Sequence record: DRR378314_2323 | Strand: one strand, 5' to 3' | DNA: 47,010 nucleotides | Part shown: positions 9,591 to 23,768 of the stretch, piece by piece | Layout: every line of letters starts with the position of its first letter | How positions within the stretch are numbered: position 1 is the first letter of the stretch | Position numbers and translations under genes: made by a program | The notes under the pieces: model-generated | Told to the model about the DNA's origin: nothing | Databases searched by the model: none | What the model saw: only the letters and a program-made list of their open reading frames with translations

Positions 9591-11414
9591 ATGACAAGAA
9601 CACGGAAAGCCTCATCCCTCACCCGCGTTTTAACCGTTATCGCCATGGCAGTGCTGCCATGGCAGCCTGCCTCGGCCGACACCACTGCGCGACATGGCCT
9701 TGCGATGCACGGGGACACCCAATACGCCGAAGGCTTTCCCCACTTTGACTACGTCAACCCCGATGCCCCCAAGGGCGGCACGTTAAGAATGGCCGTCGTG
9801 GCCAATGGTTTCGACTCCTTTAATCCGTTCGTTATTCGCGGTGTGGCGGCGGCAGGCATCAATAGCTACCTGTACGACACGTTAATGGAGGCGTCGGCGG
9901 ACGAGCCATTCTCGTCCTACGGCCTCATTGCGGAATCCATCGAAACCCCTGAAGACCGGAGTTACGTCATCTTCAACCTGCGCGAGGAAGCGCGGTTCCA
10001 GGATGGTGAGCCCATTACCGCCAAGGATGTGAAATTCTCCTTCGAGACCCTGACCACCAAGGGCCATCCGTTCTATCGCAACTACTATGCAGACGTCACC
10101 CAGGTGACCATCGAGGATGAGCGAAGAATCCGCTTCGACTTCGGTGAAACCAACAACCGTGAGCTTCCCCTGATACTGGGCCAACTCCCTATTCTCCCCA
10201 GTCATTACTGGGAGGATCGTGAGTTTGGAGGCAACGGCCTGACCCCACCGGTGGGAAGTGGTCCGTATCGCATCAGCAGCTTTGAAGCGGGTCGCTCCAT
10301 CACCTTTGAACGCGTGAAGGACTATTGGGCCCAGGACATCGGTGTTCGTAAGGGCCGGTTCAATTTCGACCGGATCCGCTATGACTATTACAAGGACGAT
10401 ACCGTTGCCCTTGAGTCCTTCAAGGCCGGCAATTTCGACTTCCGCGTGGAATCCTCCGCCAAAAACTGGGCAACCGCCTACACCGGCGACCAGTTTAGAT
10501 CCGGCAAAGCGAAAACCGAAGCCATCGAGCACGGCCGCCCGGCGGGAATGCAGGCTTTCGCGATGAATACCCGGCGCGACGTGTTCAAGGACCCAGCGGT
10601 TCGTGAAGCACTCGCCTACGCATTCGATTTCGAATGGGCCAACAAGAACCTGTTCTACGGGCAATATACCCGCACATCCAGCTATTTCGAAAACAGTGAG
10701 CTGGCTTCGTCCGGGCTTCCGGAAGGACGTGAACTTGAGATTCTGGAGCCCTATCGCGGTGAGCTTTCCGAGGATGTGTTCACTGAGCAGTACCAGCCCC
10801 CCTCAACCGACGGCGAAGGCGGGCTCCGCGACAACCTCCGCACGGCACTGACCATGCTGCGCGAAGCAGGGTACGCGGTGAAGGATGGAACCATGGTGCA
10901 CCAGGAAACCGGCGACCCCCTGTCGTTTGAGATCCTGTTGTACCAGAAAACCTTCGAGCGCGTGGTTCTGCCCTTCAAGAATAACCTCGAGAGGCTCGGT
11001 ATTGACGTATCGGTACGGCTGGTGGATACCAACCAGTACATCCAGCGTCTTCGTGAATTCGACTATGATATGACCGTCCAGGGCATTGGCCAGTCCGACT
11101 CCCCCGGTAATGAACAGCGTGAATACTGGCATTCGTCCAATGTCGACGTGAAAGGCTCGCGTAACTATATGGGCGTAGACAGCCCAGTGGTGGATGAACT
11201 GGTCAACCTGGTAATTCAGGCACCGACCCGGGAGGAGCTTGTTCATCGTACACGGGCGCTCGACAGGGTGCTGCTGCACGGACATTACGTGATTCCGAAC
11301 TGGTACCTGCCCAAAGACCGTATCGCTTACTGGTCCTTCCTGCAGCGACCGGACACCGTTCCCAAGAACGGCGTTGACGTAGACAACTGGTGGGTGAAAA
11401 GCACTGACCAATGA
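9591..11414 (+). CDS. yejA: Peptide ABC transporter substrate-binding protein (YejA/NppA type)
   Basis: Signal peptide, FDYVNPDAPKGG, GSGPY, AFDFEWAN, RALDRVL. Confidence 0.9.
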   Translation: MTRTRKASSLTRVLTVIAMAVLPWQPASADTTARHGLAMHGDTQYAEGFPHFDYVNPDAPKGGTLRMAVVANGFDSFNPFVIRGVAAAGINSYLYDTLMEASADEPFSSYGLIAESIETPEDRSYVIFNLREEARFQDGEPITAKDVKFSFETLTTKGHPFYRNYYADVTQVTIEDERRIRFDFGETNNRELPLILGQLPILPSHYWEDREFGGNGLTPPVGSGPYRISSFEAGRSITFERVKDYWAQDIGVRKGRFNFDRIRYDYYKDDTVALESFKAGNFDFRVESSAKNWATAYTGDQFRSGKAKTEAIEHGRPAGMQAFAMNTRRDVFKDPAVREALAYAFDFEWANKNLFYGQYTRTSSYFENSELASSGLPEGRELEILEPYRGELSEDVFTEQYQPPSTDGEGGLRDNLRTALTMLREAGYAVKDGTMVHQETGDPLSFEILLYQKTFERVVLPFKNNLERLGIDVSVRLVDTNQYIQRLREFDYDMTVQGIGQSDSPGNEQREYWHSSNVDVKGSRNYMGVDSPVVDELVNLVIQAPTREELVHRTRALDRVLLHGHYVIPNWYLPKDRIAYWSFLQRPDTVPKNGVDVDNWWVKSTDQ

Positions 11415-11452
11415 TGCAGATCTCTGACGCAACCTTGACGGAGTTCCGCTGA

Positions 11453-12538
11453 ATGGGCAGTTATATCCTCAGGCGCCTGGCGCTGATCATCCCCACCCTG
11501 CTCGGGATCATGCTGCTCAATTTCGTGATTGTTCAGGCAGCTCCCGGCGGCCCGGTTGAACAATTGATCGCGGAAACCGAAGGCCATGGCGGCGGAGCCC
11601 TCGCCAGGGCCAGCGGTGGCGGCACAGAGGGTGAGGTGACCTCATCAAGCGGGGACAGCCGAGGCTCCCGCGGCCTGCCCGACGAATTGCTCAAGGAAAT
11701 CGAAGTCATGTACGGCTTCGACAAGCCGGCCCACGAGCGATTCCTCAAAATGCTCGGTGATTACGCAACTTTCGATTTCGGCGAGTCGTTTTTCCGCGAC
11801 CGCTCGGTGATTGAACTGATCCTCGACAAAATGCCGGTGTCCATCTCCCTGGGCTTGTGGTCCACCCTGATCATCTACCTGATCTCAATTCCCCTGGGTA
11901 TCCGCAAGGCGGTGACCGACGGCTCCCGGTTTGACGTCTGGAGCAGTTCCGCCATTGTGGTGGGCTATGCCATTCCGGGCTTCCTGTTCGCAATACTGCT
12001 GATCGTTCTGTTCGCCGGTGGGAGCTACCTGGACTGGTTTCCGTTACGCGGGCTGACATCGTCCAACTTCGACGAACTCAACTGGTATCAGCAAATTGGC
12101 GATTACTTCTGGCATCTTGCTCTGCCGGTGACCGCGAACGTCATTGGTGGCTTTGCCACCCTGACCCTGCTGACCAAGAACTCTTTCCTGGATGAGATCA
12201 GCAAACAGTACGTGGTGACCGCCAGGGCCAAAGGCCTGGAAGAAAAGCAGGTGCTATACGGCCACGTCTTCCGCAACGCCATGCTGATTGTGATCGCCAG
12301 CCTTCCCGGTGTGCTTGTCTCGCTGTTCTTTACCGGCTCGCTGTTGATTGAAGTCATCTTTTCACTGGATGGCCTCGGCCTGCTCGGCTTCGAGGCAGCG
12401 CTTAACCGCGATTACCCGGTCATATTTGGAACGCTCTTTATTTTCACACTCATGGGCCTGGTGCTGAAACTGATCAGCGACATCACCTACGTTCTGGTCG
12501 ATCCCCGCATTGATTTTGAAAGCCGGGAGGGCTCATGA
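11453..12538 (+). CDS. yejB: Peptide ABC transporter permease
   Basis: YILRRL..., [27 protein letters not shown]. Confidence 0.93.
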   Translation: MGSYILRRLALIIPTLLGIMLLNFVIVQAAPGGPVEQLIAETEGHGGGALARASGGGTEGEVTSSSGDSRGSRGLPDELLKEIEVMYGFDKPAHERFLKMLGDYATFDFGESFFRDRSVIELILDKMPVSISLGLWSTLIIYLISIPLGIRKAVTDGSRFDVWSSSAIVVGYAIPGFLFAILLIVLFAGGSYLDWFPLRGLTSSNFDELNWYQQIGDYFWHLALPVTANVIGGFATLTLLTKNSFLDEISKQYVVTARAKGLEEKQVLYGHVFRNAMLIVIASLPGVLVSLFFTGSLLIEVIFSLDGLGLLGFEAALNRDYPVIFGTLFIFTLMGLVLKLISDITYVLVDPRIDFESREGS

Positions 12539-13563
12539 ACGCAGCGAAGCTGACCCCGATCCAGCAGCGGCGGCTTGCCAACTTTCGCAACAATCGTCGA
12601 GGATTCTGGTCGCTGTGGGTTTTCCTGGCGCTGTTCGGGCTTTCGCTGATCGCGGAAGTGATCGCCAACGACGTACCGCTGATTGCCTATTACAAAGGCG
12701 ACGTTTATTTCCCAGTCGTGGAAAGCGTGCCCGAAGAGACTTTCGGTGGCTTTCTACCCACGGAGGCAGACTACCGGGATTCGTTTATTGCGGATGAAAT
12801 CGAAGCGAATGGCTGGATGATCTGGCCGCCCATTCGGTTCAGCTACAACACCACCAACTACAATCTCGAGGTCCCCTCACCGGCGCCACCCAGCGCCGAA
12901 AACTGGATTGGCACCGATGATCAGGGCCGCGATGTGGCTGCCCGCGTCATTTATGGCTTCCGCATTTCCGTGCTCTTTGGCCTTGTACTGACCTTTCTCA
13001 GCTGCATCGTAGGGGTGGTTGTGGGCGCCATCCAGGGGTATTATGGCGGCAAGGTCGACCTGCTGGGACAGCGGTTTATAGAGATCTGGTCCGGGCTTCC
13101 GGTGCTCTACCTGCTGATTATCCTGTCCAGCATCGTGCAACCCAATTTCTGGTGGTTGCTGGGCATCATGCTGTTATTCAGCTGGATGGGACTGGTGGAT
13201 GTGGTTCGCGCTGAGTTCCTTCGGGCACGAAATTTCGAATACGTAAAAGCCGCTCGCGCCCTGGGACTGGGCAATCGCAAGATCATGTTCCGGCATATCC
13301 TGCCCAATGCCATGGTGGCCACCCTCACCTTTCTACCGTTTATCCTGACCGGCGCCATTACCGGGCTGACCTCACTCGACTTCCTCGGATTCGGCCTGCC
13401 CTCCGGTTCGCCGTCGTTGGGCGAGCTGATTGCCCAGGGAAAATCCAACCTTCACGCGCCATGGCTGGGCATATCCGCTTTCGTTTCCCTTTCCATCATG
13501 TTGACGCTGCTGGTGTTTGTCGGTGAAGCGGTTCGTGATGCTTTCGACCCGAGAAAGAACTGA
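12535..13563 (+). CDS. yejE: Peptide ABC transporter permease
   Basis: [40 protein letters not shown] overlap with yejB. Confidence 0.93.
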   Translation: MNAAKLTPIQQRRLANFRNNRRGFWSLWVFLALFGLSLIAEVIANDVPLIAYYKGDVYFPVVESVPEETFGGFLPTEADYRDSFIADEIEANGWMIWPPIRFSYNTTNYNLEVPSPAPPSAENWIGTDDQGRDVAARVIYGFRISVLFGLVLTFLSCIVGVVVGAIQGYYGGKVDLLGQRFIEIWSGLPVLYLLIILSSIVQPNFWWLLGIMLLFSWMGLVDVVRAEFLRARNFEYVKAARALGLGNRKIMFRHILPNAMVATLTFLPFILTGAITGLTSLDFLGFGLPSGSPSLGELIAQGKSNLHAPWLGISAFVSLSIMLTLLVFVGEAVRDAFDPRKN

Positions 13564-13564
13564 T

Positions 13565-15154
13565 ATGCCTCACCTGCTGGAAATCAAGGATCTGTCCATA
13601 CGATTTGACGGCACGATTCAGGCCGTGAACGGATTATCGCTGCGCATCGACAAGGGCGAAACCGTCGCGCTCGTGGGTGAAAGCGGCTCCGGGAAGTCCG
13701 TATCAGCGCTGTCCGTTCTCCGGTTGCTCGACGAACGTCATGCCAGCTATCCGTCCGGCGCCATCCTGTTTCAGGGTGAGAACATGCTGGAGGCGAGCCA
13801 GAAGCGCCTTCGCCAGATCCGCGGCCGTCACGTCAGCATGATTTTCCAGGAACCCATGACCTCGCTCAACCCGCTGCATACCGTGGAGAAGCAGATCACT
13901 GAAACCCTGTCACTGCACATGGGCATGCGTGGCCCACAGGCGCGTGACCGTTGCGTGGAGCTGCTGGAGCTTGTCGGTATACCCTCACCCAGCGAACGCC
14001 TGGGAAGCTACCCTCATCAGCTTTCCGGTGGCCAGAAGCAGCGAGTAATGATTGCCATGGCACTCGCCAATGAACCCGACCTGCTGATAGCGGACGAGCC
14101 CACCACGGCACTCGACGTCACCGTTCAGAAACAGGTGCTCGAGTTGCTGAAAGACCTACAGCGCAAACTGGGCATGGCGGTCTTGCTCATCACCCACGAT
14201 CTTTCCATCGTGCGACGCTATGCCGATCATGTTGTGGTTATGGAAAAGGGTGAACTGATCGAGGAAGCGCCCACGGCGCAGCTGTTTGAGACGCCACAGC
14301 ATGCCTACACCCGTCGCCTTTTGGACGCGGAACCTCCGGCCTCTCCGTCAGGTGCCATGACTGACAACGCGCCCCTGCTGGATGTAAACCACCTGGATGT
14401 GCGCTTTGTGACGCGAAAGAGTCTGTTTGGCCGGCCCCGATCATGGTTCCAGGCGGTGGACGCCGTCAGTTTTTCTCTCAACAAGGGCGAAACCCTGGGG
14501 ATCGTGGGCGAAAGTGGAAGTGGCAAGACGACAATTGGGCACGCGCTGCTGAAGCTGACGGGAAGCACCGGCAGTATTCGTCTTTCCGGCCAAGAGCTCG
14601 GGACTCTGGATCAGAAGCAGTTCCGGCCCTGGCGCAGCCGTATCCAGATTGTTTTCCAGGACCCGTTCGGCAGCCTGAGCCCACGCATGTCCGTCGCCGA
14701 AATTGTTGGAGAAGGCCTGGAAATACACGCACCGGCAACGCCCGCAGAACAAGACCGAAGGGTTGTCCAGGCGCTCACCGACGTCGGCCTCGATCCGCTG
14801 GCCCGTCACCGCTACCCCCATGAATTTTCCGGTGGCCAGCGCCAACGCATTGCCATTGCCCGGGCGCTGGTGCTTCAGCCGGAACTCATCATTCTGGATG
14901 AACCCACGTCTGCTCTGGACCGGACCGTGCAGAAACAGGTGATAAACCTGCTACGAGATCTACAGGACAAATATGGTCTAAGCTATGTGTTTATCAGCCA
15001 TGACTTGGCCGTGGTCCGGGCCCTGAGCCACAAATTACTGGTGTTGAAAGACGGCCGGGTCGTGGAGTACGGCGCCGCGGCCGACATATTCAATGCACCG
15101 ACACACGAATACACCCGTGAGCTGCTCGGAGCCGCGCTGTTCTACCGTCAGTAG
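13565..15154 (+). CDS. yejF: Peptide ABC transporter ATPase with two NBDs
   Basis: Two Walker A motifs ([16 protein letters not shown]), LSGGQ/FSGGQ signatures and DEPT motifs. Start ATG 13565. Confidence 0.93.
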   Translation: MPHLLEIKDLSIRFDGTIQAVNGLSLRIDKGETVALVGESGSGKSVSALSVLRLLDERHASYPSGAILFQGENMLEASQKRLRQIRGRHVSMIFQEPMTSLNPLHTVEKQITETLSLHMGMRGPQARDRCVELLELVGIPSPSERLGSYPHQLSGGQKQRVMIAMALANEPDLLIADEPTTALDVTVQKQVLELLKDLQRKLGMAVLLITHDLSIVRRYADHVVVMEKGELIEEAPTAQLFETPQHAYTRRLLDAEPPASPSGAMTDNAPLLDVNHLDVRFVTRKSLFGRPRSWFQAVDAVSFSLNKGETLGIVGESGSGKTTIGHALLKLTGSTGSIRLSGQELGTLDQKQFRPWRSRIQIVFQDPFGSLSPRMSVAEIVGEGLEIHAPATPAEQDRRVVQALTDVGLDPLARHRYPHEFSGGQRQRIAIARALVLQPELIILDEPTSALDRTVQKQVINLLRDLQDKYGLSYVFISHDLAVVRALSHKLLVLKDGRVVEYGAAADIFNAPTHEYTRELLGAALFYRQ

Positions 15155-15258
15155 ATAGCGCTCGCAGGCCACGGCCAATCACTACGACCAATTGAGCGTT
15201 ACCCGCACCGCTACGGTTCATGGATAATGCCTTAAACTGAAACACAGGGAGAATCGTT

Positions 15259-16044
15259 ATGGGATTACTCAGTGGGAAGAAAGCACTGATTGTCGGCGTT
15301 GCAAGCAAGCACTCCATCGCCTACGGCATTGCAGAAGCCTTTGCCAAACAGGGCGCCGAACTGGCATTTACCTACCAGAATGAGAAGCTCAAATCCCGGG
15401 TCGAGAAGTTTGCCGAGGGCTGGGGAAGTTCGCTGATTTTTCCGTGCGATGTTGCCAGCGATGACGAAATAGAAGCCGTGTTCACGGAGCTGGGCAAGCA
15501 CTGGGACGATATCGACATCATTGTTCACTCCGTCGGTTACGCCCCCGCCAACGAACTCGATGGCAACTATGTGGACGTTACCACACGCGAAGGATTCCGA
15601 ATCGCCCATGACATCAGCTCCTACAGCTTTGTGGCCCTGGCCAAGGCCGGTCGCAAGATGATGCATGAAAACAGCTCGCTGCTGACCCTCAGCTACCTGG
15701 GAGCCGAGAAGGTGCTTCAGAACTACAACGTTATGGGGTTGGCCAAGGCGTCGCTTGAAGCAAACGTTCGCTACATGGCAGGCAGTCTGGGTCGGGATGG
15801 GATTCGGGTGAACGCCATCTCCGCGGGACCAATCAGGACCCTGGCGGCCTCCGGTATCAAGAGCTTCCGCCGTATGCTGGCCGAGAACGCCAGACGGGCC
15901 CCCTTACGCCGAAATGTGACCACCGACGAAGTGGGCAATGCCGCCGCTTTCATGTGTTCCGACATGGCCAGCGGCATCACCGGTGAGATCATGTACGTTG
16001 ACGCCGGCTTCAATATTACCGGCATGGGCGAGCTGGAAGACTGA
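15259..16044 (+). CDS. fabI: Enoyl-ACP reductase
   Basis: [32 protein letters not shown]. Confidence 0.97.
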   Translation: MGLLSGKKALIVGVASKHSIAYGIAEAFAKQGAELAFTYQNEKLKSRVEKFAEGWGSSLIFPCDVASDDEIEAVFTELGKHWDDIDIIVHSVGYAPANELDGNYVDVTTREGFRIAHDISSYSFVALAKAGRKMMHENSSLLTLSYLGAEKVLQNYNVMGLAKASLEANVRYMAGSLGRDGIRVNAISAGPIRTLAASGIKSFRRMLAENARRAPLRRNVTTDEVGNAAAFMCSDMASGITGEIMYVDAGFNITGMGELED

Positions 16045-16057
16045 GCCTACCCGTTTT

Positions 16058-16085
16058 CCCGGCAGGGCTTCCAGGCCTTGCCGGG
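16058..16085. other. GC-rich hairpin between convergent fabI and PilZ genes
   Basis: CCCGGCAGGGC-TTCCAG-GCCTTGCCGGG, 11 bp with one G-U pair. No U-tract follows it on either strand. Confidence 0.5.
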
Positions 16086-16090
16086 GCGAT

Positions 16091-16507
16091 TCACCCCTCC
16101 GACATGGCCTTGGCAACGGCTTCGACCCAATCCAGATAAGACGTATCATCGGATTCCAGTATCTGAAGCCCCACCAGCCACCGATTATCCGTGTCGGCCC
16201 TGCACCAGACGACCTCCACCATAAGCCCAAACGGCTCATTGTCATCCTCAAGGCTGACCCGGGCAGGCAAGAGTGCGCCACGGGTCAAGGGTTCGGCAGT
16301 CGCCAGGCGGATGCCACGGGCAGAGACATCGCTGGTGCGGGACACCAACGACCGCCCCGACTGCTCACCCTCATCCTCCGGAAGCGGGGACTCCAGCTCC
16401 AGGGTAACACTGGCGCTCACCGTCAGACGGTACTCCGAACGGTTGTCCCCGGATTCCGGAGCATCGTCATAGTCGCCAAAACTGTAATCGATATCGCTCA
16501 TGGTCAT
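16091..16507 (-). CDS. Single-domain PilZ (c-di-GMP receptor) protein
   Basis: RxxxR (RSEYR) and DxSxxG (DVSARG) motifs, EVVWC, GLQI. Start may be 16501. Confidence 0.88.
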   Translation of the reverse strand: MTMSDIDYSFGDYDDAPESGDNRSEYRLTVSASVTLELESPLPEDEGEQSGRSLVSRTSDVSARGIRLATAEPLTRGALLPARVSLEDDNEPFGLMVEVVWCRADTDNRWLVGLQILESDDTSYLDWVEAVAKAMSEG

Positions 16508-16531
16508 CAGTCCGATGTTATCGTTGTCCGG

Positions 16532-18355
16532 TCAGTTACGGCCTACCCTGATACGGCCGACCACCCGCGACAGGGTGTCATCAAATTCCGCTGAGCTTCC
16601 AAGAACACGTACGCGGCCCATCACTACGTGATCCACGAGCTCATCCACCAGGAATTCACGGCGATTCAGGCCCAGCCGGTCCACGAATACCAATTTCCTT
16701 GAGGCATTGATCCGAACAGCCAGTTTCAACCGAACGGCCTCCTTGCCCTCACCGGCGCTCTCCTCGACAATCCAGCCACCGAGCTTGATGCCTTCCACCA
16801 GAGCCCTCGCGGCGATCTCCCGCTCACGCAGCAGGCGCTCCTGCTCGGCTTCCTCGTCCGCAATGCGTCGATCTTCCGCCTCTTTTTGCTGCCTGGCGAG
16901 TTCGGCCTGCCTGGCGGCTTCCTCCTGCTGGCGACGCCGTTCCGCTTCCTCCTTTTCCCGGCGCAACAGCTCCGCCCGGGCCCTCGCCTCCTTGGCGGCT
17001 TCCTCGCGCTGCAATGTCTGGCGCTCCAGCACCACGGACAACGAGGTAATGGTTTCTGCGAGAACCTGACCGAAGGGGGTCAGCGGCGGTAACGGTCGCA
17101 GGGTGCCGCTATCGAGGGCACTGGAGAATCTTGACCATGGCATGACCCCGAGCTTAACACCGGCACCGTTCGTCCAGAGCACTTCACAGGTGTCTGGCAG
17201 CAGAGCAAAGAAAAACCGGCGTCGCTCTGCTGCGCCCTCGCCCTCCACAAACCACTTTCCCAGGGAGGGCTCAACGTCGGCGTCGGACGGAGCAGAAAAC
17301 GACAGCCAGGAAGCATCCCATGAAAAGCGATCATCCTCCGGTAGCGCCGTCACCAGCTCGGGGGTCTCCCCCCTCAGCCGGTCGACCATAACCGCCTGAA
17401 CGCCCTGCAGGGCTGATTCATCCAACGGCTTTCCATTGACACGGGCCCAGACATCGCTGATTCGATCACCAATCTGCTCCCCAACGGTATAGAGGCGATT
17501 GCGATCTTTGTCTGAAAGCGCCGGGTCACCAATCCATACCAGCCATTCCAGCAGTTTGCTGGCATGGCGCCAATTGTCACCGTCGGCCCCCTCTTGCCAC
17601 ACAATCTGTTTGATCAGCGCAAACCAATAGTCAAAGATGAACCGAACCACGGCCTGCGGCAGTTGGCGGTTCTGGAGCGCACGGCCGACCAGGGCCCTCG
17701 CCGTCTGCTCCGCCCGCCGTTGCCGGGCAGCGCCCTGCTCCGTTTCCAACAACCGCTGGCGCAAGCGATCATTCTGCTGTTCACGCTTTCCGGCATCCTC
17801 TTCCCACTGACGGCAAAATTCGACAACCGGGCTGACATCGCCGGAATTAAAGCTCCCTGAAACCGCAATCACCAACGAGTCCAGCTGGTCAAGCAACGCT
17901 TTACCGGAGCGCCCACCAGAACCGCTCCAGCCCCGACAATCCTGCAAGCTGTCGAGCCAGTGTACGATGGTATCGTTCACTGCCTCGGCACCCTCAAGGT
18001 TCATTCTCCAGGCAAAAAAGAAACGCAGGCGGGCAATCTGTAGAGCCAACTCCGGGTGCAGACCACTGGTTTTGAGGAACACATCCATGATGCGATCCGC
18101 AACATAGGCGGAATTGATCTGCCTGACCGACCAGTTCAAGGAGACCGAACGGATAACGCGGGTAACGGGTTCATCCCGCTGCTCCGTCCAGCAAGACAAC
18201 AGAAGCGGCCGCCAGTCACTGGCGGCGTCGGCCGCGACTTTGCCAGCGGGATAGGGTAAATCGGGTACACGAATGCCTGAGAGCACGTCCCCAATCCGCT
18301 TTGCGACCTGCTTCCGGGACAATACTTTGCGCTTTTTCTGCGTGCTTTGCTGCAT
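16532..18355 (-). CDS. DUF1631-like protein of unknown function
   Basis: 607 aa, helical and Trp-rich, with an E/R/A coiled-coil segment and C-terminal GGWI...RLKLA...LVFVDRLG...FDDTL. Family recalled from motifs, not searched. Confidence 0.7.
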   Translation of the reverse strand: MQQSTQKKRKVLSRKQVAKRIGDVLSGIRVPDLPYPAGKVAADAASDWRPLLLSCWTEQRDEPVTRVIRSVSLNWSVRQINSAYVADRIMDVFLKTSGLHPELALQIARLRFFFAWRMNLEGAEAVNDTIVHWLDSLQDCRGWSGSGGRSGKALLDQLDSLVIAVSGSFNSGDVSPVVEFCRQWEEDAGKREQQNDRLRQRLLETEQGAARQRRAEQTARALVGRALQNRQLPQAVVRFIFDYWFALIKQIVWQEGADGDNWRHASKLLEWLVWIGDPALSDKDRNRLYTVGEQIGDRISDVWARVNGKPLDESALQGVQAVMVDRLRGETPELVTALPEDDRFSWDASWLSFSAPSDADVEPSLGKWFVEGEGAAERRRFFFALLPDTCEVLWTNGAGVKLGVMPWSRFSSALDSGTLRPLPPLTPFGQVLAETITSLSVVLERQTLQREEAAKEARARAELLRREKEEAERRRQQEEAARQAELARQQKEAEDRRIADEEAEQERLLREREIAARALVEGIKLGGWIVEESAGEGKEAVRLKLAVRINASRKLVFVDRLGLNRREFLVDELVDHVVMGRVRVLGSSAEFDDTLSRVVGRIRVGRN

Positions 18356-18479
18356 CCGTTCTCCGCGCGTCAGAAGCGTTGAAAAGGTTCATCAAATAAC
18401 GCAGTATAACCAACTCGTCGGGGTTTACCGCAACTAAGCACCGGCCAGTCATGTTTTATGCGACGGGGATAACAACAGA

Positions 18480-19553
18480 ATGTCGGGCACCAAACTAGAG
18501 AATCTGAATGTGGCGAGTCAGGAACCATTGATTACCCCTGAAGCGCTCAAGCAGGAGATGCCGCTTTCCGGCAAGGCCGCGGAAACCGTGGAAAAAGGCC
18601 GACAGGCTATCTATGACATCATGGACGGCAAGGATCACCGTCTGTTTGTGGTGGTGGGCCCCTGCTCCATTCACGATGTTGAGGCTGCCCGGGAATACGC
18701 CGCCAGGCTGAAGAAGCTGGCAGACGAAGTCAGTGACACCCTGCTCATCGTTATGCGGGTGTATTTCGAAAAACCCCGTACCACCGTTGGCTGGAAAGGG
18801 CTGATCAACGACCCTCACCTCAACGACACCTTTGACATCGAACAGGGCCTTCACATTGGTCGCCGCCTGCTTCTGGACATTTCCGAGCTTGGATTGCCCA
18901 CGGCCACGGAAGCTCTGGACCCTATCTCCCCGCAATACCTGCAAGATACGATCTCCTGGTCTGCGATCGGCGCGCGCACCACTGAGTCACAGACTCACCG
19001 GGAAATGAGCAGTGGCCTGTCCATGGCCATTGGTTTCAAAAACGGTACCGATGGCAGCCTGGACGTTGCGGTTAATGCCATGAAGTCGGTCTCTCACCCC
19101 CACAGTTTCCTGGGCATCGATCAGCAAGGCAAGGTTGCGGTCATCCGTACCCGGGGCAACAACTACGGCCACGTGGTTCTGCGGGGAGGCGGTGGCAAGC
19201 CCAACTATGATTCGGTCAGCGTTGCCCTGTGTGAGCAGGCACTGGAGAAATCCAAACTGCGTCAGTCCATCATGGTGGATTGCAGCCATGCCAATTCAAG
19301 CAAGGACCCGGCTATCCAGCCGCTGGTGTTGCAGGACATCACTCACCAGATCGTCGAGGGCAACCAATCCATTCAGGGTTTGATGGTGGAAAGCAACCTG
19401 AACTGGGGCAACCAGTCGATTCCCGAAAACCTGGCTGACCTGAAGTACGGTGTCTCGGTAACGGATGCCTGTATTGACTGGGAAACCACGGAAAAAGCCT
19501 TGCGCGATATGCGGGAGAAGCTGAAGGACGTTCTGCCAAAGCGTCGGGGCTGA
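18480..19553 (+). CDS. aroF: 3-deoxy-7-phosphoheptulonate (DAHP) synthase, class I-alpha (AroF/AroG type)
   Basis: GPCSIHD, RVYFEKPRTTVGWKG, IGARTTESQ, DCSHANS, SVTDACI. The isoform cannot be determined from the sequence alone. Confidence 0.92.
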   Translation: MSGTKLENLNVASQEPLITPEALKQEMPLSGKAAETVEKGRQAIYDIMDGKDHRLFVVVGPCSIHDVEAAREYAARLKKLADEVSDTLLIVMRVYFEKPRTTVGWKGLINDPHLNDTFDIEQGLHIGRRLLLDISELGLPTATEALDPISPQYLQDTISWSAIGARTTESQTHREMSSGLSMAIGFKNGTDGSLDVAVNAMKSVSHPHSFLGIDQQGKVAVIRTRGNNYGHVVLRGGGGKPNYDSVSVALCEQALEKSKLRQSIMVDCSHANSSKDPAIQPLVLQDITHQIVEGNQSIQGLMVESNLNWGNQSIPENLADLKYGVSVTDACIDWETTEKALRDMREKLKDVLPKRRG

Positions 19554-19555
19554 TT

Positions 19556-21756
<2,201 letters not shown>

Positions 21757-23100
21757 TCAGCGTTGCGGGTAACGTTTGCGTGCGCTGTTGCGATTCCAAT
21801 CGTCAAGCCGGTCACGCTTCTCGGCGAGTTTGATTTCCAGGCCCCGATGAACGGGCTCATAGTAACGGCGCTGATGGATGGCCTCGGGGAGGTAGGATTC
21901 CCCCGCAGCGAACGCCTCGGGCTCGTCATGGGCATAGCGGTATTCGTCACCATGCCCCATGGATTTCAACAGTTTGGTAGGCGCATTGCGCAGGTGAACG
22001 GGCACCTCATAGTCCGGGTCGTTGCGGATATCGGCCATACATTGATTAAAGGCGGAATAGACAGCGTTGCTCTTGGGCGCCAGGGCCAGGTAGGTCACCG
22101 CCTGGGCGAGCGCCAACTCACCCTCGGGCGAGCCCAATCGCTCCTGGGCCTCCCAGGCGTCCATGGCAGTCTGTAACGCTCTTGGGTCTGCGTTGCCGAT
22201 GTCCTCGCTGGCAATCCTTGCCAGTCGTCTTGCCACGTACAACGGATCACATCCTCCATCGAGCATCCGGCATAGCCAGTACAGAGAGCCATCGGGGTCG
22301 GAACCTCGCACGGATTTGTGCAGTGCCGATATCTGATCGTAGAAAACATCGCCACCTTTATCGAAACGCCTCAGACTGGTTTGCAGCACCTGTTCCAGGT
22401 GTTCGGACGTAATGGTGGCGACACCGGCTCCGTCCGGCTCAGCGAGGTCCGTTGCCACTTCCAGGATGTTCAGTGCACGCCGTGCATCGCCACCCGATGC
22501 TGATGCCATCAGCTCAAGGACGCTCTTGTCCGCGGTAAAGCGCCCGTGCAGACCATCCGGCGACGACAGCGACCGCTCCAGCAATTCGAGAATGTCGGCT
22601 TCGGCAAGATTCTTCAGTACGTAGACACGGGTACGGGACAGCAGCGCACTGTTCAGTTCAAAGGAGGGATTCTCAGTAGTGGCACCGACGAAGATAAACG
22701 TGCCGTCTTCGATATGGGGAAGAAACGCATCTTGCTGGCTTTTGTTGAAGCGATGAACTTCGTCAACAAACAGCAGAGTATCGCGCCCTTCACTGCGCTT
22801 TCGCTCCTTCGCCCGCTCCACGATCAGGCGAATATCCTTGACGCCACTGAGGACGGCCGATACCGTCTCAAAGCTCAGGTCACTGAGGTTGGCCAGCAGG
22901 CGCGCAAACGTCGTCTTGCCGACACCTGGCGGCCCCCACAGGATCATCGAATGAAGCTGGCCTTGCTCAACCGCCCGGCGCAGGGGCTTGCCTTCACCGA
23001 CAAGGTGCGCCTGGCCAACATACTCATCCAGGCTCGCCGGCCGCATTCGCGCAGCCAGTGGGCGAAAACCCTGCTGCTCCGCGAACAGGCTATCCTGCAT
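21757..23100 (-). CDS. rarA: Replication-associated recombination protein A (AAA+)
   Basis: [48 protein letters not shown]. Confidence 0.97.
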   Translation of the reverse strand: MQDSLFAEQQGFRPLAARMRPASLDEYVGQAHLVGEGKPLRRAVEQGQLHSMILWGPPGVGKTTFARLLANLSDLSFETVSAVLSGVKDIRLIVERAKERKRSEGRDTLLFVDEVHRFNKSQQDAFLPHIEDGTFIFVGATTENPSFELNSALLSRTRVYVLKNLAEADILELLERSLSSPDGLHGRFTADKSVLELMASASGGDARRALNILEVATDLAEPDGAGVATITSEHLEQVLQTSLRRFDKGGDVFYDQISALHKSVRGSDPDGSLYWLCRMLDGGCDPLYVARRLARIASEDIGNADPRALQTAMDAWEAQERLGSPEGELALAQAVTYLALAPKSNAVYSAFNQCMADIRNDPDYEVPVHLRNAPTKLLKSMGHGDEYRYAHDEPEAFAAGESYLPEAIHQRRYYEPVHRGLEIKLAEKRDRLDDWNRNSARKRYPQR

Positions 23101-23756
23101 CAGGCCCCGTCCCGGATCACATCCACGCTGTCTGGGTAATTCAGGGTGAACGCACTGTCCTCCACCGGGGCATTCAGGCGAATGTCATCAAAGCTCAGAA
23201 CGCTGAGCTGCGCCAGTGAATCCCGCATGCGCATTTCCTGAAGCTCGCCATTGTAGAACGTCAGCCGCAGCGACACGAACAGCGAATCCTCGCTCCTCGG
23301 TTCCAGGGTGAACTCCCGGGTGTTCTCTCCCGGGGAGCGCGAGGACACGCGATAGGTCTCATTGAGATTATCAACCTCGCCACTCAGCAGCAGAGCGGGT
23401 GTGGTCTGTACACGCTCGTCCAGATTGTGGATCGTGACCTGCTCCAGGTCTGGATCATATACTTCGACAGTGTCACCGTTACTGACCACGAACTGCGAGT
23501 GGGGTTGACGGGTTTCCCAGTAGAACAGCCCAGGACGCTTGGCCTTCAATGACCCGCGACTCTCCTGAACCCGATTGCCATTTTCGTTAACCACGATCTG
23601 AATAAAATCAGACTGGAAGGATTCGTAGTTCTTCAGCATCGCAGTGAGATCGGCCGCTGCCTGTTCGCTGCCCTCTTCCGCCATGGCTGGTGTGATAAAC
23701 GACATCAGCGCGGAAAATGCAGTGATCAACCACAGGGCTGTTCCTGAAACTTTCAT
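23100..23756 (-). CDS. lolA: Outer-membrane lipoprotein chaperone
   Basis: Signal peptide, KRPGLFYW, YDPDLEQVT, TPALLL. Sits in the ftsK-lolA-rarA-serS order. Confidence 0.95.
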   Translation of the reverse strand: MKVSGTALWLITAFSALMSFITPAMAEEGSEQAAADLTAMLKNYESFQSDFIQIVVNENGNRVQESRGSLKAKRPGLFYWETRQPHSQFVVSNGDTVEVYDPDLEQVTIHNLDERVQTTPALLLSGEVDNLNETYRVSSRSPGENTREFTLEPRSEDSLFVSLRLTFYNGELQEMRMRDSLAQLSVLSFDDIRLNAPVEDSAFTLNYPDSVDVIRDGA

Positions 23757-23768
23757 GAATCGTTACTC

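Noticed and set aside
9591..15154. yejABEF and cvpA as evidence of a bacteriocin/microcin locus
   Set aside because: Both are conserved housekeeping genes in their usual contexts. No precursor, modification or immunity genes are present.
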